Below are positions 24,071 to 37,222 of a stretch of DNA of 64,000 nt, one piece after another (positions within the stretch are counted from its first letter, which is position 1; each line of letters begins with the position of its first letter). The DNA is taken from positions 60,698,001-60,762,000 of the forward strand of contig NW_024704744.1 in NCBI RefSeq assembly GCF_018977255.1, read 5' to 3'. Under the pieces are notes generated by a model. That model was not told the origin of the DNA. It worked only from the letters and a program-made list of their open reading frames with translations, and made no database searches. The DNA is from Callorhinchus milii. Taxonomy: Eukaryota. Position numbers and translations under genes: made by a program.

Positions 24071-25759
24071 ATGATACTATTACAATGCGTAATATGCCTT
24101 AAAGAAATAATTTTTTTTAGATAATAGGGTAGGTATCACAACTTTTTACTCACCCTGTATATGGAAATCAGGTGAGAAAACCAAATTAACCTTGTAAATT
24201 AAAAACTAAGATTTTTTAAAAGGCTTATTCAGAGAATACACTGGTTTAAGAAATAGCATTCAGCTATGTTTATTGTTGCAACCTAAAATTAACAAATCCA
24301 TCGTTACCTTTGTACACTAATAAATTTTGTTGTAAGATAATACTGTGTATATTTATTTACAAATTCTCCCCACCCATTTTCTTCCCACACTGTAGATCTT
24401 AACCAGGTCACATCCAATCCCCTGACTTGTAAAGAAAGTGGGCAGCTTATTTCAATGTCTTGCTTGCTCTTGAAGCAATTTTAGGAGGAGCAAAATTGCC
24501 CTCTGTTGATTTTCATTCCTGTTCTCCCCCCCACATCTTAATTTCTTGGGTGAGCATCCATACCTCGGTGTGAGTCTCCCCAAAGGCAGGATTTCATTGA
24601 ATGAGAGGAAACAAGCAAACACTCTCCATCCCTCATCTATACATTGATGCAGTATGCCATTGTGATAAACAAAGTGCATGAGTTAAAAGTTAAGACAGTC
24701 CCTTCAGTACAAGAGGATTGAAATATCAACATAAAATCTAAAGCTCATATAGCAATGAGTGTAAACATAGAATTTTCCAAATCATTTTCCAATTCATTGT
24801 CAGCATTCTGTCTCCACTGGTTTCACTCAGCATGGCTAATTAAGATTTAGCAGTAAATAATGCAACAATGAAGATGTAAAATAATCAAAACACATAGGAA
24901 TTTAAATTTTGTTGGAAACTTTTGAGTGATTTCATCATCCTATCCTCCGTTAGTTATATGTTCATGAGTACTTTAAGCAGAAATTATGATAATTCCCTCC
25001 ATCCCTCCCACGCTCGGGTCCTGGTCCCTGACTGTTCAGTGCCTTGGGATGTCCTCCCGATGTGAAAGGCACTTTACACATGTAATTTTGTTGTTCTTAT
25101 TGTTCATTCCTTCCTTCCGTGTGCTGAACAAAAACAGACTGGCAGTGCAAGTGCTTTTATTTGAACCTCATCATTTGCTCAAGGCCTTACAGTGGATGAA
25201 TGGTGATGGGCGGGAGGGTGGTGGGGGAAGAAATATGGAGATATCAACAGCTGGCCAAAGGGGATATTACATAAGGCTTACAAAATTCCAGAAGGAGAGG
25301 CAATACTATAAATATTTCGCAAAAAAGTGTGTGATGGCAGAAAAATCAGCATTTCCATTTCACTTTGCAAGCTGCATATTAGCATGCATATAAAATATAT
25401 GTGTGTGCATTAAAATCTGTTAACTTGTCCCTTTGCCGTGTGCAACCACTGTGGATTTATAAATTAGCAGAAACATGGTCTTTGATTTTAAGCAATTATA
25501 AAATTAAATGGGGCAAGCAATTTCAATGGGAAATTTCATCTCCACCCTTTCATACAGAATCATAATTAAAACACCGAAGGAAAAAGTGAGGTAATACTAC
25601 TGAAACAATAAATATTTATGACCATTGTTCTTAAACGTAAATGATCTCATTTAACTGCAATTCTGATAAAATCAAGCTTGCTCCATGTATTCATTTCCCC
25701 TATTCAGTTCTGGGACCCTCCCCTCCTATTAAATACAAGCTGTTCCTGGTAGTTCCTCC

Positions 25760-26098
25760 GTCCCTTTGGCTCCGGTCTGCTCCACATTCCCCGCCCCAAC
25801 CGCCCTACCATCGGTGGCCGGGCCCTCAGCCTCTCAGCCCCGAAGCTCTGGAACTCTATCCCCCAGTGCTTTCGCCGCCTCCTCCCTTTCCTCCTTCAGG
25901 GCCGGCCTCAAGACCTTTCTCTTTGACCGTGCCTTCAGCTCCCCTCTCGACTCTCTACCTCCTCCCTGCTCCCTCCCTTTCCTCCCCTCACCCTGACCAT
26001 TTCCCCCCCGCTCGGGTCCCGACCCAACTGTCCAGCGCCTTGGGACATCCTCCCGACGTGAAAGGTGCTCTATAAATGGAATCTTGTTGTTGTTGTTG
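25760..26098 (+). mobile_element. Young L2 LINE 3' end
   Basis: Encodes SLSSFRAGLKTFLFDRAF, followed by a pyrimidine-rich UTR, the stem gcgccttgggacatcctcccgacgtgaaaggtgc and (TTG)n. CpGs are retained. Confidence 0.9.
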
Positions 26099-26305
26099 TA
26101 GTTTAGCTGCATCTTACGTCTCTGATTTAAGAGAATGCCATGGTCATTTTGTCTTGTGTCAAGCAATTAACTGTGGTCCAATAAAGTTGACTCAAATTTT
26201 TTTATCCTGCTCTACTATTTTCTTTAAAGAAAGACATTTACCGTAATACACAAAGCTTGGATTCAACAGATAGATAGATACATGGCTACTCAAAGGCTTC
26301 TAACA

Positions 26306-26487
26306 AACAACAACAACAAGATTGCATTTATAGAGCGACTTTCACGTTGGGAGGACTTCCCAAGGCGCTGGACAGTTGGGTCGGGACCCGAGCAGGGGGG
26401 AAATGATCAGGGTGAGGGGAGGGAAGGGAGGGAGCGAGGAGGGGGTAGAGAGTCGAGAGGGGAGGTGAAGGCACGGTTGAAGAGAAA
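26306..26487 (-). mobile_element. Young L2 3' end (~180 bp), inverted relative to 25916-26098
   Basis: Reverse complement is closely similar to 25916-26098 and 54065-54244. Confidence 0.9.
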
Positions 26488-27389
26488 CATACATACTATC
26501 TGGTGTTGAGTAAAGTACGTAAGTAGGGAAGTCCCTGATTTGTTCTCAGTAAGGTGGGGAGGTGTAAAAAATAGACACCACTCCTCCTAGTGTAAGGAGA
26601 GACGGGAGGGCGGAAATCAGCTGGAATTCCTGCTGCTGGATGCTATCCAGTAACTCATGATGGAATTTGTGCATGCATAGTCATAAAATTCTTTGGCCTA
26701 GGAGATACCTGTGATACCCACCCATGGTCAAATAATCTGTTGAAACATCACTTCATGCTGATTGTTAAAATAGTTACTCTTCATTACTTTTTTGTGATGG
26801 AGAATGAATCACTGTATCCCACTTACTTTCACTCTGGAAACATAAAACAGCTCCACACCCATACGGTGTGTTGTTGCACACCTTTCTGCAAGGCTGAAGC
26901 TGATGGGAAGCAGATACATATGCTACAGAGGGAAATGTAGGAACAGCCGAATAGCGGGTGGAGATTGACACTGAAAGGCAGCAGGTGGGAGGGTGAATTT
27001 GAGTCATAGATCAAACAGGAGGTAAGTTTCAAATGGACTGTGGGTGGGTGGGCGTAGAGAAGGGAGGAGGGGGAAGAGATTGGAATCAAACAGAAAGCAA
27101 CTACTTAATAATTTTTGGTACCTTCATAACCCAAAAAAGCTGAATTGTGTGTTGATATTCACCCACAACAGAGATCATAGAACATAAGCAATCATATAAG
27201 GGACTGTTCCATTACTATTTTATGCTAATTATTATAGTTAGGCGCAGAAGTGTCAGAAGACAAACCATTTAAAATGATTAACCTCTGATATTTGATATAA
27301 AATAATTACTCATCTAAATCATTTAATAAATCTAACCTCCTCATTCATTTTTAACCATATCGGTGATTAAGTAGTTTAACTCCACCTAT

Positions 27390-28715
27390 AAACCTCCAAT
27401 CGGGTTTCTGTGCCACCCACAGCACAGAAACAGCCCTGGTCAAAGTGACAAATGACATTCTGTCCATCTGCGACCAGGGCTCCCTCTGCCTCCTCGTCCT
27501 CCTTGACCTCTCTGCTACTTTCAACACCACGACCACTCTATCCTCATCCACTGCCTCTCTCACCATGGTTCTGTCCTTGACTGATTCAGATCGTACCTCT
27601 CACATCGCTTGACCTTCATCTCCATAAATGGTTTCTCCTCTAGCCCCCGGACAGTCTCGTGCAGCGTTCCTCAGGGCTCTGTCCTTGGTCTCCTCCTCTT
27701 CAATATCTATATGCTCCCTCTTGGTGACATCATCCACAGACATGGAGTCAACCTCCACATGGCATCCAATTGGATGGCATCCAACTCTACCTCTCTGCCT
27801 CCACCCTCGACCTGAAGGACCACTGCTGTCCTGACAAAATGTCTGTCAGACATTAAGTCCTGGATGAGAGCTAACTTTCTCCAGTTGAATGTCAACAAGA
27901 CCGAGGCTCTCCTGATTGGCTCCCGTCAGCATCTCCACACCTCAGGCGCTGACAGCATCACCATCCATGGATGTACACTCCACCTCACTAAGCCAGTCCG
28001 GAACCTTAGGGTCTTGTTTGACCCTCAACTATCCTTTCTACCCCTCTTCTCCCTCTTATAATAATAATATAATAATCCTTGCATTTGATATAGCGCTTTT
28101 CACGTCTGGAGGACGTCCCAAAGCGCTTCACAGAACACACTGTAAAGTGAATTGACTGTATATTTGTGGGCGAACGCGGCAGCCAATTGCGCACAGCAAT
28201 GTCCCACAAACAGTCGTAGATTGAAAATGACCAATTTATTATTGTTTTTGGTTTTGGAGGGATTATTATTAGGCGTGTGGAGTAAGGAAACTTGCCCAAG
28301 GTTTCGCCCTGCCTGGAATTGAACTCAAGTCTCTCACTTGCAAAGCGAGTACTCTAACCATTGAGCTACAGGACTCCACAGGACTCCACAGGACTCTTCT
28401 CAGTGGGCTCTGGCCTGCTTCACATCCCCTGCCTTGCTCACCCCACTATTGGCGGGCGAGCCTTCCGCCACTCTGCTACTATCCTCTGGAACTCCATCCT
28501 ACAGTCTCTCCTCCTCGCCCCCTCTCTTGCCACCTTCAAGACCCATCTCAAAACCCTCCTCTTCGACCATGCTTTCGATTTCCCTGCTTCCCCTCCTGCC
28601 CTCCACCCTCCCCAACCCCGACCCCCAGCTCGGGTCAGTAACTCTGTCTGGCCAGCACCTTGGGACGTGCTCCCGACATGAAAGGTACTTTAGAAATGTA
28701 ATTTTGTTGTTGTTG
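27390..28715 (+). mobile_element. L2 LINE with degraded RT domain, internal deletion and nested SINE
   Basis: Frames read [21 protein letters not shown], [23 protein letters not shown], WMRANFLQLNVNKTEALL and, after the SINE, IGGRAFRHSATILWNSI...FKTHLKTLLFDHAF. Ends in a (TTG)n tail. Confidence 0.92.
28058..28377 (-). mobile_element. Full-length young SINE
   Basis: Reverse complement is nearly identical to 4348-4668 and retains the complete head. Confidence 0.92.
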
Positions 28716-28909
28716 TTATTAATGCTGAATATTATAATGTATAACAAGCAGGTTTTATTACTGGAATGATGTCAACGCATTATTGGAAGAAACTAAAGAG
28801 ATCTGGTTGTTCACAATTTTATTTTGCTGTTATTTGTGTTACATAGCTTTCCTACAAACACTCCACACTTTGAGCGGCTTTCCTGATGTGAAAGGCACGA
28901 TATAAAAAA

Positions 28910-29225
28910 AACCTTGCATTTGGTATAGAGCCTTATCACGAAGGATGTCTCAAAGCGCTTCACAGGATTTACTGTGAAGTGGAGTGACTGTATTTGTAGG
29001 CAATCTCAGCAGTACAATTACACACAGCAATGATCCACAAACAGCCATGGAGTGAATGACCAATTTTTATTAAGGAGTATTATTGGCCAGAACACCTTCT
29101 CTTTTCTAATGATGACATGGGATCTTTAATGTCCACCTGAACAGCCAGGCGGGACCTCGCTTCAACATCTTATTCGAAGGACGGCACCTCAGGCAGTGCA
29201 ACACACCCCAGCACTGCATTGGGGT
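28910..29225 (-). mobile_element. Old Deu-SINE
   Basis: ccttgcatttggtatagag...ccacaaacagccatggagtgaatgacc...catgggatctttaatgtccacctgaacag...gaaggacggcacctc...cccagcactgca. Confidence 0.8.
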
Positions 29226-31399
29226 ATTGAAAAATTGCATTGTAGTATACCCACGCTCTAAGCAAACCTGCACTCAAGCTGGCCCGGGGGATTCTGATGG
29301 GATTGTGTTGCATTCATGTAAAACCAAACGTATTTATGTATTTCCTTCTAAAAGTTTTTTTCCCCTGTGATTCAATAGTTTATAAGGATAGATATTTAGA
29401 GTTCATGGCAATGTTCGTGGGAGGGTGGAATAGGTAGGCGGGTATTTTGGATGGGTTAGATAAACCAATAGTATATGTTCTTATAGTGTGCAAAAGGTAG
29501 TTGAAACAAATAAAAACTGAATATAAAGCAACAGTTAAAAACTATTGAAAAGATTACCAGGAATTTGGATATGAAAAAACATTTTGGGTTTAAACATCTG
29601 AAAACAATTTTAGTTTAATTTATTCTCTACCTATGAGCAGGGTGTTTTTGGCTGGGATGTGGTGCTGCAAGAAAGGAAGGGGTGCTAAAGGAGAGAAAAT
29701 ATCCCATCAAAATACATATCAATTCCATTGCTTATGGTTTAAATCAATATGACTGTGCTGTGCAATCCATAAATAAAATTACATTTTGTGTATAGCAGTC
29801 AATTTTAAACAACATGAGTAGGAATTAAATATATTTAAAATAATTAAATAAGTATGATCAGTTTGCAATCTAGTGAGTTTTAAGAGCTTAGTGTTGCATA
29901 ACTTGAATCAGTGAACTAGTAAACTGTTTAAAAAATACTTCTTACCTCAAATTTAGACTGTACATCATAATCCTTTTAATAAATCTGGACTGGATTGATA
30001 GATTTATCTAAATAGATTTTCAACCTTACAAAAAAAAGGGAAAATTCTTTTAAATAAATCTGACCTTGTGCAACATGGAAAGTTTATTATAGAAAGAAAT
30101 GCTGGTTTTGCTCTTCACGTTATCTTTTTTAACAAAGTAATTAAAGTGGAATGACAGTAACTACTAATAAGCCATTAATGTGAATGATATTGACGTATGG
30201 AAAGAGATTGATAGGCTGTCTGGGCGCAAGACCATATGGTAAGTCTCCTGCATTGCAACTGTCAGGAATATCTTAACACCTTTCGAACTCAAATTATCAC
30301 ATGAAAATAAAATGCATGCAGGGTACACCAGCAGTACAGTAAGTTATTTTCTTCAATTCAACTGTCAGCTCCCCCCGCTGCCACCCCTCAAAAAAACAGT
30401 TTGTAGATCATAATTCACTCCACTGATTATAATGGCTCTGGACCAAACATGTTGCCTTTAATAGAAGAGAGAAGACCACAGAAAGCTGATCAGTGTCACT
30501 CTGGCTAAGTTTACATAACACAAATATGTGCTTCAGTGTGAACTGCATCATTGTATCACTGTTTAACAAAATAGTTTGCCAAACACTTTCTGAATCAGAC
30601 TTTCTACTTCCTTTAAAGGACATCAGAAAACTGAATTTAAACATGCAAGATTCTACACTAACACCATCAATAAAAAAAATCACCAACCAGCTGGAACAAA
30701 TGCAATTTGAACCATGATATAATCAATTAAGTTAAATGGATCTTATAAAAGTTTTACTCAAAAGCAAATGTAGCTTTTTAGTGGTGTGCTTTCAATGTCA
30801 ACAGGTTATTCACCTACATATGTGCATTACAGTTAGACTGGGGGCGGGTAGGTTATTGGGAGGAGGAGAGAGAATAATTCCTTATTCTCTATAGCGCCTT
30901 AGCTGGCTGACATTTTATTACTGTAGATGACAGAGGGATATTGCTAAGCAATGGCATCTAATAAGCAGCAACATATAACAAGATTCCTTAATAAGGAAAT
31001 CAGAAGTACATTATTCTGAGCTGTGGGAACTCTGCTCTAATGCAATGTACTTTCAAAGCAGAGTTCTGGTTAACATGACATTTCTGGTACCAGATTCCCG
31101 CCTTGTTGGTTGATAAAGAAATCCAATTAGAAATCAATTAGTACTGTATTAGTCCTGTGTTTCAAATCAATGATCTATAAGTAAGAACAATAGACGTAAG
31201 TTGCATTTCACACATTTATGTCCTGATCTGCAGATCTGGTAAAGCAGCAAAGATGTATTGGTACAATAAAGAAGACATTTTGGGGGATGAATTTTGGCTG
31301 AAGTTTATCATCGCTATATCAAAATTTCATGTGATGTACAGTCGATCACAAAGTTCACCTCGTCTTAAAATTGAAAAAAAATGAGGATTCCAAGATTCC

Positions 31400-31720
31400 A
31401 TGTGTCAGCTCAGTTGGTAGATGATTATGGGTTTAAACCTCTGTCTGGACTTTCAGCTCATAGACCAGGCTGACACTCTAATGCAATGCTTGAGTGTGCT
31501 GTGTTATTGGAGATGCCATCATTCAGATGAGATGTTAAATTGAGGTCTGCCTATTCAAGTGGACGCTAAAAATCCATGGCACTATTCGAAAAGAGAAATG
31601 GGTTCTCTTGATGTCCTGGGCAATAATTCTCCGATTAAAAAAAAATTGTCATTCACTCCCTGGCTGTTTGTGGGACATTGCAATGTACAAATTGGCTGCA
31701 TTTGATATAGGGATTGCCTC
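31400..31720 (+). mobile_element. Old Deu-SINE
   Basis: gctcagttggtag...ggctgacactc...ttcagatgagatgttaaa...ccatggcactattcgaa...ggctgtttgtgggacattgc. Confidence 0.78.
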
Positions 31721-32089
31721 AAACCACTTCAGGATTTACTCAAAATGTAGTGACTAGGCATAACTTTTTGTAGATGAACATCAAGGATCAATATCCAAAT
31801 GGGTTTGGTACATATTGATTTGAAAAAAAATCTAATTCTACAGATTTATTAACAGTATTGATGATTTAATTTTCCTTTCATGAACCTGGATAACAGGATA
31901 ATCAACAAATGGTTTTCTATTAACGATAGATGGTAATCTTGCTTTTACATCATGTGAATCTGCAATGATCTGGGGCATAAACAGCGTTGGTAATTACTGT
32001 AAATATGCGAGGTTAGCTGGAATCGCATAACCAGAAGGTTGCAACTATTATGAAGAGGAAGGAGGTGACCTTAGGCTTGGTCAAATTCA

Positions 32090-32360
32090 TATCCCACAAA
32101 CAGCCGTGGAGTGAGTGAACAATTTGGGGTACTGTTGGCCAGGACACCGTGAGAAATGTATTTCTCTTTTTGAATAAATTCATGGGATCATTAAACATCC
32201 ACCTGAACATGGAGACTGGATCTCAATTTAATGTCTCATTGAAGAATGGCACCTCTGACAATCCAGCACACCCTAGAACTGCATTGGATGTCAATTTATA
32301 CTGGGTTCCAAGTCTTGGGTGTTAAATCCACAAAACGATTGAGCTAAGGTGACACTCAAA
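32090..32360 (-). mobile_element. Old Deu-SINE fragment
   Basis: cccacaaacagccgtggagtgagtga...catgggatcattaaacatccacctgaaca...tggcacctctgacaat. Confidence 0.75.
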
Positions 32361-33447
32361 TGTCTGATGTTACTCAGTGGTAGCATTCAGAATAGCCATT
32401 TGAATTAATGAGACATATCTCAGGAATGTGGTGATACATGGGTGACGAAAAGGAACATCCCATAATATTTTTGTGAGCAAGTCAAAAAATTAAGAGCATA
32501 ATTGAAATAAAATGTACATTAATGAAAAACTATCGTTGAAGAACACTACCATTTGCTATAGTGCGAACAGGTTGTGGACATCATTGCACTCTTTGAACAA
32601 ACCATTCAGAATTCTGTTTCAGGAGCTGTTTTTTGCAAATAAATTGAGTGCGTTGTGGTTATTTTGAAAGAAACTGGAACTAACTGGACGAGATTTCAAT
32701 GAAGCATAAGGTGCATGTTTTATAAAGGGATGCAGCATGTTTTTCCAAAAAGGTAAAAAACGTTTAATTACAATCTGTTCAGTAAAATGTGTGATATCTG
32801 AGGCAGAGTGTGACTGTGTAACAGGCGATGTGTTCTGACTAGCTCAAACTAAATTCTTTTTGGGATTATTTTGGTGAGATGCAACTTTTAGATGCAGCTT
32901 AATCTGAAATGTAATTTTTTAAACTTTTGTATTAATTATCAAATTAAAGACAGAGCCCTTTGAGGATAAACATCTGGAGTTTAAGGAATGCATGGATTTC
33001 CCAAATGTTCGCATAATTAGAGGAAACTGAAATACTGTAGGACAGGTCAGTTCCAAACAGATCAATATCAAGGCTTTTGCACAAAGCCCGCTTATACACA
33101 GATTTGCAAGGTATGCAGACTCCCGTACTCAGACATTGTGATTACTTATAAAAACTGGCAAAAATCCCAGCAAGAAAAAGCAAGAGTTTAGAAGAAGTGA
33201 ATCAAGTTAATTGTGAGATGGGCTACATTTAAAATAATCACAAAAAGAATGAAAAGGGTTAGGAAAATAGTCTTTACACTGAGGAATTCACTGCCAGAAA
33301 AATGGTTAATCAATTCTTTTAAAAGGGAACAAATCGGAGAGTAGGATATAAGGCTTAGATGGAGAAAAATACCAACCCAGACTTAATGGGCTGAAAGGGC
33401 CCATTACTGTGCTGTAACGTTTTATGGGGCTATTTTGAAGTATTTCC

Positions 33448-34439
33448 TAATAGATTTTTAATTAAGAAATCTGAAGTTCATGACACCAACTCACAAGAAC
33501 GCCTTTCCAACTCAATGCAATACTGAAGCAGGGTTCCCTTGACTCAATGATGTGCATATCGTACACTTCCAGTTAATGCAAGGAGTCCCCACTCAGATTT
33601 CATGTTCCCAGAGTATACATGACAAACATTCAGTTCTAAAATATTGATTCTAAGATACTGTATTACAAAGCATTAATATAGAAATGCTATTTTCAGGGCA
33701 TTGATACATTCCAAAATTCATCAATTACACCATAGCATCCGATGACTGAACGTCTTTGTTATTGATCAGTCTTGTTCTCTGCTGTTCATTGTCACAAGGG
33801 AAAGGTCCAACCAATCCCAATAAAATAACAAAAAATTTCACCCATACAACACCTTTCACCTAGAGAGAATGTCTCAAAATGCTTTACAAAGACCCAAGCT
33901 TCGAGGGAGATCGTAGGGGCAAGGGGGAGGTGGTGAAGGTGCAAAGAAATAGGTATTTAGATAGATTTTGAAAACAGAAAGGGAGGGAGCGAGGCCTTGA
34001 GGGATTTTGGAAGAGAGATTCGGGAGGTGGGGGGTCAAAGTTTCTGCAAGCTCGCCTGCCAAAGGTGGGGGAGAGTGGGTGGGCAGGCAGCATAAAGCAG
34101 GAATTGGGAGGTTTGAAAGGAGTGATTTGGAGGCTGGGGGGAGGATGGAGGCTGAGTAAGGATGGAGGCAATGGGCTTACAGAGCCTAGTGAAGGATGCT
34201 GGCTGCAGAGTTCTGAATGGTCTGGGGGATAGATCTTGGGAGGCAATGAGCAGGGCATTGGAACTGCCAAGTCTTTAAACAAATTTATCATCAAGAAATC
34301 TGAATGGAGATTCCTTCTGGTAACTGAAGGTACATTATGCATATCATCAAATCGAGGGAACCCTGCTCCAGAAATAGAGATTGCACTCCGGTGAGTTGAT
34401 GTCATGGACTTCCACATTTCTTAATTAAAAAATCTATTA
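33448..34439. repeat. Long imperfect inverted repeat (arms 33448-33604 and 34292-34439); probable foldback/MITE with nested L2
   Basis: Left arm taatagatttttaattaagaaatctgaagttcatgacaccaactcac...gcagggttcccttgactcaatgatgtgcata...tcagatttc matches the reverse complement of the right arm, taatagattttttaattaagaaatgtggaagtccatgacatcaactcac...gcagggttccctcgatttgatgatatgcata...tcagatttc. Confidence 0.8.
33825..34260 (-). mobile_element. Old L2 LINE 3' fragment
   Basis: Minus frame LAPSLSVFKIYLNTYFF, plus an L2-like tail (aacaaaaaatttcacccatacaacacctttcac). Confidence 0.7.
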
Positions 34440-35549
34440 TAAAATGTATTAATTTAAAAAATCTGTTAATTCAACACAGACCCTATAACATGTTACAACA
34501 CAAAAACTTAATAGAAGCCTTCTACAAAGTTTCTACAGAGAAAACAGAAAAGATAATAATAATATAGAGCCTTATCACATCATTAAGAAGTCTCAAAGCA
34601 CTTCAGAGGATATACTGTGGTTGACTGTGTATTTTGTGGGCAAAACAATCTCCTGTTTCATTGCTTATTTATACATTGATATGATGGGAAACAAGTTTGA
34701 AGCCAAATTTTCTTTCCACATTAAATTCCCAATCTTGTTGGTCCATCAGGGACAGTAGAGCAAAGTCAGGAAATGCTTTTCCAAGAGAGGGAGCAAAGAA
34801 TTAAAAGTCACAAGTTATTCTCAGGCACATAGGTGGCTCAAGATTAACACTGGTTGAGGCCGAGGAGCAATTGAAGTTCCAAGGTACTGATCAGTGATCA
34901 GTGTTGTGATGAGAATTTAAAAAAATTATACTCAGGGTTTGAAATGAGGAGAAAAATAAAAATTGAATAAAATAAAGTGGGTCCTTCCCTCCAATTTTCC
35001 CCAATTTCATTGCATTTTCAACATTCTCTTCTCCATACTCAGAAATTCTCTTCCCCCCCACCTTCGCTCCTTTGCAGAGTTGCTACAGCTGGGCTTTAAT
35101 ATTCAGTGTCAATTCAAAGCAACAATGTTTTATACACTACTTCTGCCGCCTGTGGAACTTTCTCCCAGGCACTGTTGTCACATGGAACTCTTCACCTCTT
35201 ATGCAGAACCTCAAACACAAAGTTACCCACCACCTGCTGAACCAAGGTTGTTGACGAATGTATTAGGCTATGAGACGGCTCTGTTACATGGTACAGTGTT
35301 CTCGGTTGTTCCTTGTTCTGTCAATTTCATGAAACATTTATCATCAATATAGTTGCACTATCTTGTGGCATCCGATATACATGTGAAAAACTATAGAAGA
35401 TATCCCAACTATTGTTTGAAGGCAAAATGATAATTATGCAGGTGTTCACAGAAATTGGAGGAAATTGGAGGGAAGGCACTACTTTATTTTATCCCATTTT
35501 TATTTTTCTCATTGTTTCAACCGATTATAATTTTTAGAATTCTCATCAC

Positions 35550-36015
35550 AGCACTATTCACCCGTACTAAACTCCTTACCCCCATCACACCAGTTCTAGC
35601 CAGGCTCCACTGGCTCCATATTGCCAATGGATCAATTTCAAGATTCTCAATCTGATTTTTAAATCCCTACATGCACTGGTACCTCCCTACCTCTCTGACC
35701 TGCTTACCCAACAACCAGCCGACTCTGCTCGACTGGCTCCGGCTTCCTGCATGTCCCTCGTGCCCCCTGTTCCACGATTGGTGGCTGAGTTTTCAGCCCC
35801 TACACCCAAAACTCTGGAACACTCTTCCTGTATCCCTCTGCCTTGCCCCCTCCATCTCATCTTCAGATCTCATCTGAAGACCTTCCTATTCGACTGTGCC
35901 TATGGTCAGCCCCCACTACCCCTGGTTCAGCATTGTGCTCCACCACTGTCAAGCGCTCTTGGACACTACCCTGTGTGAGGGGCGCTATATAAATGCAAGT
36001 TTTTGTTGTTTGTTG
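35550..36015 (+). mobile_element. L2 LINE 3' fragment
   Basis: TPITPVLARLHWL, KLWNTLPVSL, FRSHLKTFLFD, and tail gcgctatataaatgcaagtttttgttgtt. Confidence 0.87.
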
Positions 36016-36556
36016 CTGCATTTGCTGATGTATAGCCTATTAAAAACTTGCTCTATTTAATCAGTAATATCATGGAAGTAAGGGCAGGCATGGTCTTACT
36101 CTTATGACTCAAGAAGAATAGGAGGACAAACAAACTGGGTCAATTTCCATTCCTGATTTTAGACTTTGAAGATAACATGCTTCATGAGCACCAGCAACTA
36201 CAATCTATTGAGTCTTGATCGTTATGGGCAACAACATAGTGTTCTTGATTTTCAATTTTCAAAAAATATTTTTGCAGGAATTTACTTTTCACACCTGATT
36301 TTATATTTTTTTAAGAAACAAGGGAAAAAAAAGAATTTTGGGAAGGAAACATTTTGGGTTTGTAACTTCAGTCTTACCGACAATTCTGGGGAGCTTTACA
36401 AATCATTCACTGTTACTGCTGCGAGTTTCCTATTTTTTAAAAAAATTATTATTTTTGCAGATTATGTTTTATTTAGTTTTTTTTTGCATCGATGATAAAC
36501 ACTGGAGCAAGCCAGCTGAAATCTCTATGTTTAACAGAGACATACACAGTGGAGTT

Positions 36557-36616
36557 AAAATGTGACATTTCATAACAGATTTGAACATCAAAATCTATTC
36601 TGAAATGTCACATTTT
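36557..36616. other. 60-nt hairpin
   Basis: Perfect 16-bp arms AAAATGTGACATTTCA / TGAAATGTCACATTTT plus an imperfect inner stem (agattt/aaatct). Confidence 0.85.
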
Positions 36617-37222
36617 GCCATCCATTCCTAGACAATGTCTACCTGTCAGCCTCAGCACGATGATTGGGCCCAACGATTTTCCACTCCATTTCTGTTTCTG
36701 ATCATGGAGTTCATCATTCGAGTATAGCTAAAAATAGGTCACTGACTTAACTCAATTGGTATTCTGTGAAACAGTATTGAACTACTGGCACAGAAATGCA
36801 GTTTCCAATACAGTAACAGAAATAAGTGATAGGGAACAGAAAATAAGTGCACTTACAAATACATATGCTTATACATAAACGTATACTTGACTTAAACAAG
36901 TTTTACTGACAGTTGCGGAAACGTTCACTCTGCACAGGCGCAGTATGGCTGGGGGTAGATGCTTCCATGCGTAGCCCCTCCTAGAGGCCCCGAAGGACTC
37001 ATTGCTACATAGTCTCCCGGGATATAGTCACTGAGCTTTTCTCCCTTGGAGTGACGATAGAGCAGGAGTTTACTATATATACATCAGTAATATTCAGTTA
37101 ACCATTAGTTAGTTTCCAGTTGGTTCTGATTTTGATTTGCATTAAACCAGCTAACTACGGTACTTGAATTCAGGCCACTTGAATCGAATCTAAGGTGGTC
37201 ATTATAAACAATTTTCAGTATA

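Noticed and set aside
24452-24679. Minus ORF with QQRAILLLLKLLQEQ as candidate next SDCCAG8 exon
   Set aside because: No match to the expected LRQLDKH...QNQLL sequence and no compatible splice sites.
29945-30010. Minus-strand AG...GAG|GTAAG exon-like segment
   Set aside because: No SDCCAG8 similarity in the frames examined and a stop in one of them; a chance donor motif is likely.
31283-31361. Short element with imperfect terminal inverted repeats (gggatgaattttg / caaagttcacctc)
   Set aside because: Too short and degenerate to support a MITE call without a genome search.
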